Assembly (NCBI GenBank): GCA_030390025.1
Contig: CM059432.1
Span: 95,358,001 to 95,422,000, forward strand
Direction: 5' to 3'
Length of the DNA stretch: 64,000 bases
DNA from: Squalus acanthias
Lineage: Eukaryota
Shown here: piece by piece, positions 24,080-35,879 of the stretch
Layout of the letters: the number at the start of each line of letters is the position of its first letter
Numbering within the stretch: the first letter of the stretch is position 1
Notes under the pieces: generated by a model
Databases searched by the model: none
Told to the model about the DNA's origin: nothing
Seen by the model: the letters and a program-made list of their open reading frames with translations, nothing else
Program-made: the position numbers and the translations under genes

Positions 24080-25870
24080 GGGAAATGTCAAAAAAATTGT
24101 GGATACATGTGAGGTAATAGATATTGAGAGATATAACAAAGAATGGAAGCATACATTTAATGGACAGACGCTGAAAAGTATGCATGAACAAAGAGACCCA
24201 GTGGTTTAAAAACATATGGGCAAGATTTTACCAACCTCAGAGGGGCCGTGGTGAGCGACGTCAGTGGTGGATCCCGGACTCGCTGCTGGCTCCAGCCCAC
24301 TCTGCAAAATTATTTTCCCCTGATTGGGCTTGTTAAGCCCGCCCAGGCCAATTGAAGGAAGCGGGTCTGATGACGTCATTTGCAGCCTGGTTGCACATTG
24401 CACAGGAGGGCACAAGCAGGGATGTCATCAGGAGGACCAGGCTGCAGTGGCGCAAACGTTTCAATGATCTCAGTAGATCACGAAATGTTACTGCAAAGCC
24501 ATACTCAACCACATCCTGCTGTGCCACTCATCACATCCCCATCACTCTGCTTTCCCTACCCTACTCCTGCACATCCTTACACCAACTTACCTTGCACCTC
24601 CACCCATCTCTCTCTATCTAATTTATCACTTCCCCATCTCACTAGCCACCCCTCAAACTCACCCTCATCCTAGTCCAATCATACCAACTAATAACACACT
24701 TGTGTGTTTTAGCCAATGTTCATGTGAAGTTTCTGTTAATGTGCTGTCAAACATTGAAATCTTTATTTTCAACACTTTGCATTCTTGGACAGATTCCTGT
24801 GCACCTTTGGAAGTGGCTTAGTGAGTTGTAGTGAATGGTGAGACATAATGGTACCTCCCGCAATGCTGATGAGTGTGAAAGGAATGGCTTGGGCATTGTA
24901 GGGATGCTTTATGGTGTTGGTGTGGGGTGGTGTCAACCTGGTACACCATGTGGCAGCCAGGGTGTACAGCGTCAAGTGAAGTAAATCTGGCTATAGTGAG
25001 GCCATCCCTGGCCTCCCAGGCAGCAATGTGATCGGGTGCTGATGCCCTGTGTCCTGTGCAGCATCAGTTGATTACGGAGAAGGTTGGTGCTGTTGATGTG
25101 CCTGGTAATGCTGGTGTTCGGGCTGATTGTGGTGGGATTCTGAGGACCAAGGTGACAGAGTATAAAGGGCACCGATGCTGATGGAATAGATGGCAGGTGA
25201 AGTAGAGATGACAGAAGCGATCTGTCAATGGTGGTAGAGGTAATGAGGTCAGACTAGATGGAGACTTGTTTAAAGACTTGCAGCATTCTGAATCTGTAGT
25301 AGAATTGCAGTTTAGAGAAGCTAGTAGATAAGGGAAGATATCTGAATTAGCTGGGAGCTTTGACTTGACATGTGAAGCTGTCAACTCATCAGCTGAAACA
25401 CTGGCAAGTAACCACCCACCTCAGCTTCACTGACAAGGTCTAGGCACAGTGGGAAACTGGTGGGCGACCTGTAAAAATAAAAAAGCTGGGGAAAAAACTT
25501 TGTTAAGTGACTATAAACAAGCCACTAATGATTTCAATTGCCTCCCCCGCCGCTGCCTGTCAGGTCTGCTCACCGCTGGCAGACCCAATATTTGGTAAAG
25601 GCGTGTGGCAGCGGGTTGACAGCGGGGTCCCGACCTGTGGTAAAAAAAAACACACTCCCACCTGACCCGCCATCGATAACGCCCGCTGATCCCCCAGAAA
25701 ATTCCCCCCATAATTCCCTGAAGTATGGTTTTGTTTCAGGTAGATAATGACATAAAAAAGGCCATTAGCATCGTGGGTTTTATAAATGGGGGCATAGAGT
25801 ACAAGAGTAATGAAATAATGTTGACCTGATATGAAACTATGGTTATGTGACAGAATACCATGTGCAACAA
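24080..25870 (+). mobile_element. Old CR1 fragment split by the Harbinger element at 24218-25709
   Basis: GAACAAAGAGACCCAGTGG... resumes as ATAATTCCCTGAAG...GGCATAGAGTACAAGAG; compare the contiguous copy at 6860-6990. Confidence 0.65.
24218..25709 (+). mobile_element. Non-autonomous Harbinger element with a Myb/SANT-like remnant
   Basis: TIRs GGGCAAGATTTT / AAAATTCCCCCC; TSRDVIRRTRLQWRKRFNDLSRS resembles the Harbinger Myb/SANT-like recognition helix. Confidence 0.75.
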
Positions 25871-26379
25871 AAAGGCTGGGGCCAAAAGTCCATGGGCCTG
25901 ACATCCCAGTATATGTGCCTGGCTGTATTCACCTGTGACCTCCAGGGTGACCCCACCAAAAGCTGCAGGGTCAGAGGAGTTAATTTCATTTAAATATACC
26001 AGTTGGGGGCCTACTATACTAGGGGTGCATATTGGGTGATCTCCTGCCTGGGGAAGCTGGAAATTCCACCATGGGGTAGCCGATTCGGGGGTGGGGGGAG
26101 GGTGTATCATTTAAATGCCCCATCAGCACCCTTTATATGAAGGCAGAAAAATCCAGCATAATTTTATAACATCTTAGGAGGTCCAGGCCATTAGTACTAG
26201 GGCGCGCCTAGGTGGGCCAACAGGCTGGTACATCTGCCGTAGCAGCCCGCCACTGTTGGCTTAGGAGTTCCGTCCCCCAGCCAAAGCCCCTCTGACACAG
26301 GGGACCATGTTTGGGGCAGACAAAGGGGTCTGTCTTATTCACGATATAGAAATAATCCGGATTTAGGAATTAAAAAAAT

Positions 26380-26806
26380 TAATTCATAGGATGTGTATGT
26401 CATTGGCAAGGCCGGCATTTATTGGCCATCCCAAGTTGCCCTGAGGAGGTGGTAACATGCATTCTTCTTGAAACGTGTTTTTTATAACTGTTTGATACAA
26501 CTGAATGGCTTGCCAGGCCACTTCAGAGGGCAGTTAGCCACATTGATGTGGGACTGGAGTCACATATAGACAAGACCGGGCTAAGACAGCAGGTTTCCTT
26601 CCCTAAGGGAGATTCGTGAACCTGCTAGGTTTTTAATGACAATCTGATAGCTTCATGGCCACTTTTGCTGATGCCAGCTTATTATTTCCAGATTTTCTTA
26701 AAAATAAATTAAAATTCTCAAACTGCCATGGTGGGATTTCAATTTACGTTCACTGGATTAGTAGTCCAGGATTACTAGTCCAGCAACATAGCTACTACAC
26801 TACCAA
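26380..26806 (-). mobile_element. Full-length tRNA-derived SINE (LINE-B partner)
   Basis: tRNA-like head with duplicated anticodon arm, body as at 4671-4980, and LINE-B tail. Confidence 0.8.
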
Positions 26807-26809
26807 ACC

Positions 26810-27195
26810 CTGGAGTGACAGAACTCTATCAAAATTTGCAGATGACAATATATTGGAGGGAGAACATGGATAGACTGGTTGGATCAGCAGACAGGTGGTA
26901 GACGAGGGTCAATGTAGTAAAATGTGAAGCAATATATTTTAGAATGAATAATAGGGAAAAGAAACACACTTTAAATGCTAAAATTGTGAGCGTAGAGGAG
27001 AAGAGGGACCTTGTTGTGCAGATGCACAGGTCATTAAAGGTGACAGTGCAAGTAGAAAGGGCCATAAAAAGTGAAAAGGATCCTTGGTTTTGTATCCAGA
27101 GGCACAGATTATGATAGCAAGGAAATATTGTTGAATTGTATAAGATATTCTTTAGGCCAAGTTGAGTTTTGTATGCGGTGTTGGGCACCCGATTA
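26810..27195 (+). mobile_element. Old CR1 RT fragment
   Basis: TLSKFADD and downstream CR1 motifs. Confidence 0.7.
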
Positions 27196-27869
27196 TTGTT
27201 TCTACATATGTCTGTCCACCACATCAAAGCACACTCCTTATACCTAGAAAAATAAAAAAATGAAATTACATAAGAAACAGACAACCTAAAAAGGAAATCA
27301 ATAAGTATCTTGTAAACTGGATGACCTGATTATATAGAATCTTGTAAACCTATCTTGAAGTTTATTTCACCAACTACAATGAACTCATCGTCACTCTGTA
27401 AATGTCAAATGAAGAATGCTTTTATAACCTGCACTGGATAAATATAAAGCAATACGTTCCTGCCTTAAAGCATTTTAGGGTAACTATTCTGCTTTTTAAA
27501 GTGATGGGCAGAAAATCGCAGACTGTGTATTTTCATGATGTGCACTCCCGGCAAGCACCAGGAATGCAGAAGTAGAAAGTTTACATTTTAGTGCATTATT
27601 GGTGAGCTTTCTAACTTATGCAGTTTTTAATAAACCTAATTTCTATAAACAAACAAAAATGTCTCCATAATATGTTCAAGACTTAATTATTTATGCTGTT
27701 TCCAGATAGATATATAAGTATTGTTAAAGACGTAACCTGTCTGCAGGTTATCCTGCAGCAGATGTCGAAACTCTTTGGCAGCTTCTCTTGTCAAGCAGAG
27801 GCACCAAAGACAGGTCTCATCTGACATTTCTAGGTAGTTGTAATTACAGATGTTAGGGTAGCAATAGAT

Positions 27870-28290
27870 GTGGACCAAGGGCTTCCAGCCCTTGCTACCT
27901 GACATTGTCAATGGCTTCCTTTTCTTGGACACTCTCTTCCTCCCTCTTTCAAATCTACTGTCATTACTCCCCTCCTCAAAAACAACCTTTTCAACCCATC
28001 CATCCTCACTGACTCCCATCTCATCTCTAACTTTAATTTCCTCTCAAATCTGCGCCCATCTCTCTTAAAAGCAACTGTTTGAATCCCTCTAGTCTGGTTT
28101 GAATCCTTCTCATGGCACTGAGACAGCTCTGGCAGGGTCAGGAGTGACATTCTTGGTGACTTCAATCACAGTGCATTATCCATCCTTGCCCTCCTCAACC
28201 TCTTCATAGAGGTCTTCACAGAGGAGGTGAACCATACCCTCCTCTTCCATCACCCCCTCCTCCATTGTCCAGCTCCATGGAATTGCCATT
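27870..28290 (+). mobile_element. Old L2 RT fragment
   Basis: ITPLLKN, ESL*SGLNPSHGTETALA and ILALLNL remnants. Confidence 0.6.
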
Positions 28291-28314
28291 TGTGAAATGC
28301 CTTGCAAGCTTTAT

Positions 28315-28967
28315 GGCCTAAAATTTCAGTTGCTTTGCGCCTCCTAAGAGGGCGCTAACGGGGCGCAAATCAACTAGCGCCTGGGCGCGGCGCCACCAAC
28401 GCCTCCCGCGAAATTCAGCGGGAGTTTAGCGGTGGCGGTAACCGTTAGCACCCCGTGGTGCTGCGCTGCCGGTGATGACGTTATAGCCGTGTGCAGCGCC
28501 CCGTTCGCGATCTTTGGTAGCGGCCCCTGACTTACCGCCGGACGCTATGTCTGACGGGATCTGGGGGGCCTACCTGCGGCCGGGGCGGCGTAAATTAAAG
28601 GGGAGGTGCCGGGCGGCCATTTTTGTTGCTGGCCACCTGCCAGCACCTGCCCCCGTTGCCGTCCCCAGCCTCCTGAGCAGCCCCCCCCCGCAGAGTGCCG
28701 GCTGTGCTCCGTGAGCCCGGCACTCTCTTGAGTGCTGGCTCTTTTGCCGGCACTCTGATCCCTGGTGGCCCAGCTGGACCCCGGGTCGCGCTGCGCTAGG
28801 CCCCTCCCCTTTAATAAGGGGAGGAAGGCTTGCAGTACCGTAGCGCCATGATATTCACTCGCAGCGCCCCAAGAGGGAGGTGGCGTGCTTCCAGTAGCAC
28901 CCCGCCTCCCTCTTGGGGTGCTACTGGTGAATTTCGGCCGCGGGGGTGCTAATTTTTTCGGGGCGCT
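28315..28967. mobile_element. GC/CpG-rich MITE of the 9143 family, right end lost at the Penelope junction
   Basis: Starts GGCCTAAAATTTCA; shares TAAGAGGGCGCTAA.GGGGCG and AGCGCC motifs with 9143-10035. Confidence 0.7.
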
Positions 28968-31568
28968 TTCATTGAGAACTGCTGGCGTGACATCGGCCAT
29001 CTCATTTTCTCTGCTCCCCTCACTCACTCTAACTTACCTCCCTCTGAACTTGCAGCACTCCATTCTCTCAGATCCAACCCCAACATTGTCATTAAACCTG
29101 CTGACAAGGGTGGTGCTGCTGTTGTTTGGCGAACCGACCTCTACCTTGCGGAGGCTGAATGCCAACTCTCCGACACCTCCTCCTACCTCCGCCTGGACCA
29201 CGACCCCACCACTGAACATCAAGCCATCGTTTCCCAGACTGTTACTGACCTCATCTCCTCTGGAGATATTCCCATCGTGACGTCCAACTTCATAGTCCCC
29301 CAACCCCACACAGCCCGCTTCTACCTCCTTCCACGATGCACATACAGGACTGGTAGACCCATCATTTCAGCCTGTTTCTGCCCCACGGAACTTATTTCTT
29401 CCTATCTTGACTCTATTTTCTCTCCCCTTGTCCAGTCTCTTCCTACCTACATCCGTGACTCTTCTGATGCAGCCTGCTACTTCAACAGTTTCCAGTTTCC
29501 TGGTCCTAACTGTCTCCTTTTCAGCATGGACGTCCAATCCCTCTACACATCCCCCACCAGTACAGGCTGAGGGCTCTTCGCTTCTTCCTTGTACGGAGGC
29601 CCAACAAGTCCCCATCCACCACCACCCTCCTCTGCCTGGCTGAACTTGTTCTCACATTGAACAACTTCTCCTTTGACTCCTCTCACTTCCTCCAAATAAA
29701 AGGTGATGCTATGGAAACTCGTATGGGTCCTAGCAATGCCTGCCTTTTCGTGGGATATGTGGAACATTCTTTGTTCCAGTCCTACTCAGGTCCCCTCCCT
29801 CACCTCTTTTTCTGATACATCAACGACTGTATCAGTGCCATTTCTTGCTCTCGCCCTGAACTGGAAGATTTCATCAACTTTGCTTCTAATTTCCACGATT
29901 CCCTCGCCTTCACATGTTCCATCTCTGACTCTTCCCTTCCCTTCCTCGACTTCTCTGTCTTCATTTCAGTGGATAGGCATTGACCAATATCCATCGTAAG
30001 TCCACTGACTCCACAGCTACCTGGACTACATCTTCTCGCACCCCGCCTCCTGTAAGGACTCTATTCCATTCTCCCAGTTTCTCCATCTCCGCCGCGTCTG
30101 TTCTGACGATGCCACCTTCCATACCAGTGCTTCCGATATGTCTTCCTTTTTCCTCAACCGAGGATTCCCCTCCACTGTGGTTGATAGGGTCCTCTACTGT
30201 GTCTGTTCCATTTCCCGCACTTCTGCTCTCACCCTTTCCCCACCCTCCCAGAACCACGATAGGGTTCCCCTTGACCTCACCTTCCACCCCACCAGCCTCC
30301 ATATTCAACGGATTATCTTCCGCCACCTCCAGGGTGATCCCACCACCAAATACATCTTCCCCTCCCCTTTCAGCATTCCGAAGAGACCATTCCCTCTGCA
30401 ACACCCTGCTCCACTCTTCTATCAGCCCCAACACCCACTCCCCTTCCCACAATACCTTCCCGTGCAAGCGCAGGAGATGCAACACCTGCCATTTTACTTC
30501 CTCTCTTCCCACCGTCCAGGGCCCCAAACACCCCTTCCAGGTGAAACAGTGATTTACTTGTACTTCTTTCAATTTAGTATACTTTATTTGCAGCTCATGA
30601 TGCGGTCTCCTCTACATTGGAGAGACCAACGCAGATTGGGTGACCGCTTTGCGGAACATCTCCATTCAGTCTGGGAACGGTAGCATAGTGGTTATGTTAC
30701 TGGACTAGTAATCCAGAGGCCTGGACTAATGATACAGAGATGTGAGACAAGGGCTGCAGGCGCATTGGAACACTACCACCTGCAAGTTCCCCTCCAAGTC
30801 ACACACCATCCTGACTTGGAAGTATATCGCTGTTCCTTCATTGCCTCTGTGTCAAAATCCTGGAACTCCCTACCTAATAGCACTGTGGGAGTACCTTCAC
30901 CACACGGACTGCAGCAGTTCAAGAAGGCGGCTCACCACCACCTTGTCAATGGCAATTAGTGATGGGCAATAAATGCTGGCCTTGCCAGCGATGTTAACAT
31001 CCTGGAATGAATAAAAAAAAGGCCGAGCTTCCAGTCGCCTGTCATTTTAATTCTCCAGACCACTCCCACTCTGACCGCTCTGTTCCAATTAAACTCAACG
31101 GAAGCTCGAGGAATGACACGTCATCTTTCTATTAGACACTTTACAGCCTTCTGGAATCAACATTAAGTTCAATCATAACCTCTGCCCCCATTTTTTCGGA
31201 CAGCAGCTGTTGCTGATTCTGCCATTCCCATTTACACCTCCTCTAGACCCATCTTTTGTTTCTTTACTTGTCCCATTACCATCCCCTTTCACCTTGCACC
31301 ATCAACCCTTTTGTTATTTAATCTCTCCTGCCTTCCATCCTATCAAAGACCTTCCTTTTTGTTCTTTCCTCCCATCCCCCCTTTCCCTGGCTCTGTACTT
31401 GCTTAAAACCTATTACATCTCTAACCTTTTCCAATTCTGATGAAAGGTCATTGACCTAAAATGTTAACTTTGTTTCTCTCTCCACAGTTGTTGCCTGACC
31501 TGCTGAGTATTTCCATGATTTTCTGTTTTTATTGCAGATTTCCAGCATCAGCAGTATTTTGCTTTTGT
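28968..31568 (+). mobile_element. Penelope-like retroelement (RT plus GIY-YIG endonuclease, frameshifted) with 3' pLTR
   Basis: IKPADKGGA, ARFYLLP, GRPIISAC, MDVQSLYTS, AMETRMGP, NLVYFICS..CGLLYIGE and RLGDRFAEH motifs. Confidence 0.92.
30679..31020 (+). mobile_element. Chimeric insert: SINE tRNA head fused to about 275 bp of the LINE-B 3' end
   Basis: GTAGCATAGTGG...GATGTGAG joins directly to ACAAGGGCTGCAGG... and ends in AATAAAAAAAA; it interrupts the Penelope GIY-YIG region. Confidence 0.8.
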
Positions 31569-31579
31569 TCCAGTAATTA

Positions 31580-33192
31580 GAACATAAGAAATAGGAGCTG
31601 GAGTAGGCCAATTGGGCCTTCGAGCCTGCTCCGCCATTCAACAAAATCATGGCTGATCTTGTACCTCAACTCCACCTTCCCGCACTATCCCCATAATCCC
31701 TTAATTGCTGAGCATCCACAGCTCTCTGGGGTAGAGAATTCCAAAGATTCATAACCCTTTGAGTAAGAAATTTCTCCTCATCTCAGTCCTAAATGGCTGA
31801 CCCCTTATTCTGAGACTGTGAGCCCGTGTTCTAGATTCTCCAGCCAGGGGAAACATTTTCTCAGCATTAACCCTGTCAAGCCTTTAAGAATTTTGTATAT
31901 TTCAATTAGATCACCTCTCAGTCTTCTAAACTCTCGGGAATATCTGCCCAGTCTACTCAATCTCTCCTCATAGGGCAATCCCCTCATCCAGGAACCAGTC
32001 TAGTGATCCTTTGTTGCACTCCCTCTAAGGCAAGTATGTCTTTCCTTAGGTAAGGAGACCAGAACTGTACACAGTACTCCAGGTGTGGCCTCACCAATAC
32101 CCTGTATAATTGTAGTAAGACTTCTTTACTCTTATACTCTAATCCCTTTGTAACAGAAGCTAACATACCATTTGCTTTCCTAATTGCTTGCTGTATCTGC
32201 AGATTAACTTTCTGTGATTCATGTACAAGGACACCCAGGTCCCTCTAAATGTAAACATTTCCCAGTCTCTCACCATTCAAAAAATATTCTGCTTTTTTGT
32301 TTTTCCTACCAAAGTGGATAACTTCACACTTCCCCACATTGTATTCCATTTGCCATGTTCTTGCCCACTCAGTCAACCTGTCTGTATCTCTCTGCAGCCT
32401 CTTTGCGTCCTCTTCACAGCTTACTTTCCCGCCTAACTTTGTGTCATCAGCAAACTTGGATACGTTACACTCAGTCCCTTCATCTAAGACATTAATATAG
32501 ATTATAAATAGCTGAGGCCCAAGCACTGATCCTTGCAGTACCCCGCTAGTCACAACCTGCCAACCTGAAAAATTCCCGTTTATTCCTACTCTCTGTTTTC
32601 TGTCCATTAACCAATCCTCAATCCATGCTAATATATTACCACCAATCCCATGAGTCCTAATTTTGTGTAATAACCTCCTGTGTGGCACCTTATCGAATGC
32701 TTTTTGAAAATCCAAATACACTACATCCACTGGTTCCCCCTTATCATCCTACTAGTTACAGCTTCAAAAAACTCTAACAGATTTGTCAAACACGATTTCC
32801 CTTTCATAAAACCATGTTGACTCTGCCTAATCATATTATGATTTTCTAAGTGCCCTGTTACCACGTCCCTAATAATAGATTCTAGCATTTTGCCTACTAC
32901 TGATGTCAGGTTAACTGGCCTATAGTTCCTCGTTTTTTCTCTTCCTCCTTTCTTAAATAGCAGGGTTATGTTTACTACCTTTCAATCCTTGGGGACTGTT
33001 CTAGAACCAAGGGAATTCTGGAAGATTAATACCAGTGCATCCACTATCTCTGCAACTACCTCTTTTAAAACCCTAGGATGCAGGTCGTCAGGTCCAGGGG
33101 ATTTGTCGCCACTTAGTCCCATTAATTTCTCCAGGACTATGTCTTTACTTATACTGATTTCTTTAAGTTCCTCATTCTCTCTAGACCCTAAT
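31580..33192 (-). mobile_element. CR1 LINE, 5'-truncated
   Basis: ORFs 32982-33224, 32245-32730 (YLDFQKAFDKVPH, FADD) and 31984-32166; TTCTTATG tail. Confidence 0.93.
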
Positions 33193-33705
33193 TGTTGTTG
33201 CATTTGCATTTGCTGGTCTCTCATTATCTACACTTCCTCAGTTACAGATGCTCGCATCTCCCATAGGACTGCCCATCCTTGCCATATTGATTGAAATACC
33301 AAATGCAACCAAGAAAAATGTAGAAAAGTAATGACAAGAAAAAGCATCAAAATGCAAAACCAGCCAAAGAATGGAGCAAAATAATAAAAAAACACAAAGA
33401 ACAAAGAGCCTGAAATTGCAAGTCCTGCTTGACTGACACAAGTCCCATCCCCATTCACCTGCAGCGAAGGATACAGACACTGTTTCAAATTTCAAGGAGA
33501 GATCATTGTCATACTTGAGTCGGCTGCCCATGTCTGTAAGCGCATACCAGAGGTGCGCACCCTGATCAGCCAGCAGAAAATGAACCAACCCACAGCCACT
33601 TCACTAACCAAGTACATTTATCTTCAGCTCCATAATGAATTTTATAAATTAATTGATTCCCTCCTTTATCTTGAAAACTTCGAGGCCTTTTTAAGGGCCT
33701 CAACA

Positions 33706-33990
33706 GAACAACAACAACTAACATTTATATAGCACCTTTAATGTAATAAAACATCCCAAGGCGCATCACAGGCGTGTTATCAAACAAAATTTGACACCAA
33801 GCCACATAAGGAGATATTAGGACAGGTGACCAAAAGCTTGTTCAAAGAGGTAGGTTTTACAGAGTATCTTTAAGGAGGAGAGAGAGTGAGATAGAGAGAC
33901 AGAGAGGTTCAGGGAGGGAATTCCAGAGCTTAGAGCCTAAGCAGTTGAAGGCACGGCCGCCAATGGCGAGACGATAAAACGATGGCAATT
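33706..33990 (-). mobile_element. L2 3' end
   Basis: (CAA)n...ATTTATATAGCACCTTTAA; matches 12760-12986. Confidence 0.85.
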
Positions 33991-34779
33991 CTCAGGGTGT
34001 AATAGGCAGAATACCTGTGATGTTTCTTTTTTCAGTTCTCCTCGGTACTGTCTGTCTTCTGCTTGATTCTCTACTGTATTATGAACCTGACATTTACCAT
34101 AAGCATGCCAGCTATGAATGGTCACAAATAACTTATCTGTGCCAAAACTTGACTATTTTTCGTAGCAATGCACTGCAACAATTTCTTTAAACATTTAATT
34201 CTGACACATCCCACATGGGGAAAAAACTAATGGCTACATAAATATTAGAAATATGTGGCTCACTATTTTAATATTTGGATCAAAATTGTGATCGTAACAG
34301 TAGATTTTCTGCTCAGTCGTGCCAGTTGTGCAGGTGCAGGGCAATCAGAAAACAGGGTGAGCAGGCCTTAAGCGTGATCTTTGCTGAATTCTTGTTGCAA
34401 GTGATTCTCTATCTGGCTACATTTCTTGTGCTAGAATGCTTACAAAATTTCTTACCATAGCCTCAAAAAGGCCGCAGAATGCATGCAAAAATATTTAAAT
34501 GAATACCTGTCGCAATATCTCAGATTTTATGCTGCAATTGTGATGTTAACCTTTAAAGATTATTTGAATGAGCACCTGGAAAGTTCCATGATCAATGAAG
34601 CTCTAAAGGGGAACAGTCTTTGAACGCTGCTGTTGTTGCAATGTTTACAGTACCTTTTTATAAAACAACAGTGACTATGCTTGAAAAGTAATGTATTGGT
34701 AGCTCAGAAGCACTTTGGGACATCCACAGGGCATAAAAACTGCTAAATAAATGCTCTTTCTTATTTCCTTTATCTAAAA

Positions 34780-35140
34780 AGATAATTAAAGAAGGGTAGG
34801 ACCACTCAGGGATAAACTGGGGAATCTATTTGTGGAGGGTGAAGCTAATGGCAAAGATATTAAATAAATATTTTTTGCGTTAGTTTTTGCAAATGATGGT
34901 AGAAGTGAGAATGTGAATGTACTGGAGGCAGATGTGGAATAATAGTTGATGGTAATAAAGGAATTAGTTCTAATAAAGTGAGCAGAACTCAAGTTGGATA
35001 TGTCGCTGGGCCTTGATGGTATGCACCTGAGGCTGTTGAAGCAAGTCAGAGAGGAGATAGCAGATGATCTGGCCACAATTTATTAATTTTCCTTAAATAT
35101 GCAAATTATGCAAGGTTACTAGAGGGTAGGCAATGCAAAA
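34780..35140 (+). mobile_element. Old CR1 fragment
   Basis: VGPLRDKLG, LNKYIF and GLDGMHLRLLK remnants. Confidence 0.65.
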
Positions 35141-35520
35141 CCTTGGGTTAGATTTTAATCCCCACCGTGCCCAGCAGGAATAGTGCAGGTGGGGGAGTGG
35201 CGCCACATGTGTTCCTGCCATCTTAGCATAACTGAGAACAGGCACAGGATGGCCGCCTGCCCTTGGCAGACGGGGGCCTACATTACATTGAAAAGTCATG
35301 ACCTGATGATGTCATAGGCGCTATGACAATATTTTTACTTCAGATTCGGGAGAGCTGCACAGGGCCAACTCTGACAGAACATCCATGGTGGGAGTCAACA
35401 GAGTGGACAGAAGAGGCCAAGGTAAGTTGAAATAATTATTTTTCTGTGCAATCCTTGTGCACAAATTCTTGGCCAGTGAATCCTTCTAGCACAGTTGCAT
35501 CTTTGTATAGTGGAATAGTA

Positions 35521-35816
35521 CAACAACAACAACAACAAAACTTGTATTTATATAGCACCTTTAACATAGTAAAACGTTCCAAGGCATTTCACAGGTGTAT
35601 TAAAAGACAAAAAATTTGATACTGATCCACATAAGGATAAATTAGGGCAGGTTACCAAAAGCTTGGTCAAAGAGGTAGGTTTTAAGGGGCGTCTTAAAGG
35701 AGGAAAGAGATATAGCGAGGCGAAGAGGTTTAGGGAGGGAATTCCAGAGCTTCGGGCCTGGGCAACAGAAGGCACGGCCACCAATGGTTGAGCGATTTTA
35801 ATCAGGGATGCTCAAG
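35521..35816 (-). mobile_element. L2 3' end
   Basis: (CAA)n tail and homology to 12700-12986. Confidence 0.85.
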
Positions 35817-35879
35817 TATAGTATAAAAAACAATTTTTTTTTGCAGCAGTTTAATAGGGTTCTGCCTGTTTTCCCTAGT

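Noticed and set aside
27706..27832. Exon-like segments (plus DRYISIVKDVTCLQ..., minus EMSDETCLWCLC...)
   Set aside because: The DRY resemblance to GPCRs lacks flanking transmembrane helices, donors are weak and no homology is recognised.
33228..33588. Hydrophobic multi-TM-looking ORFs
   Set aside because: Explained by T-rich composition on the minus strand.
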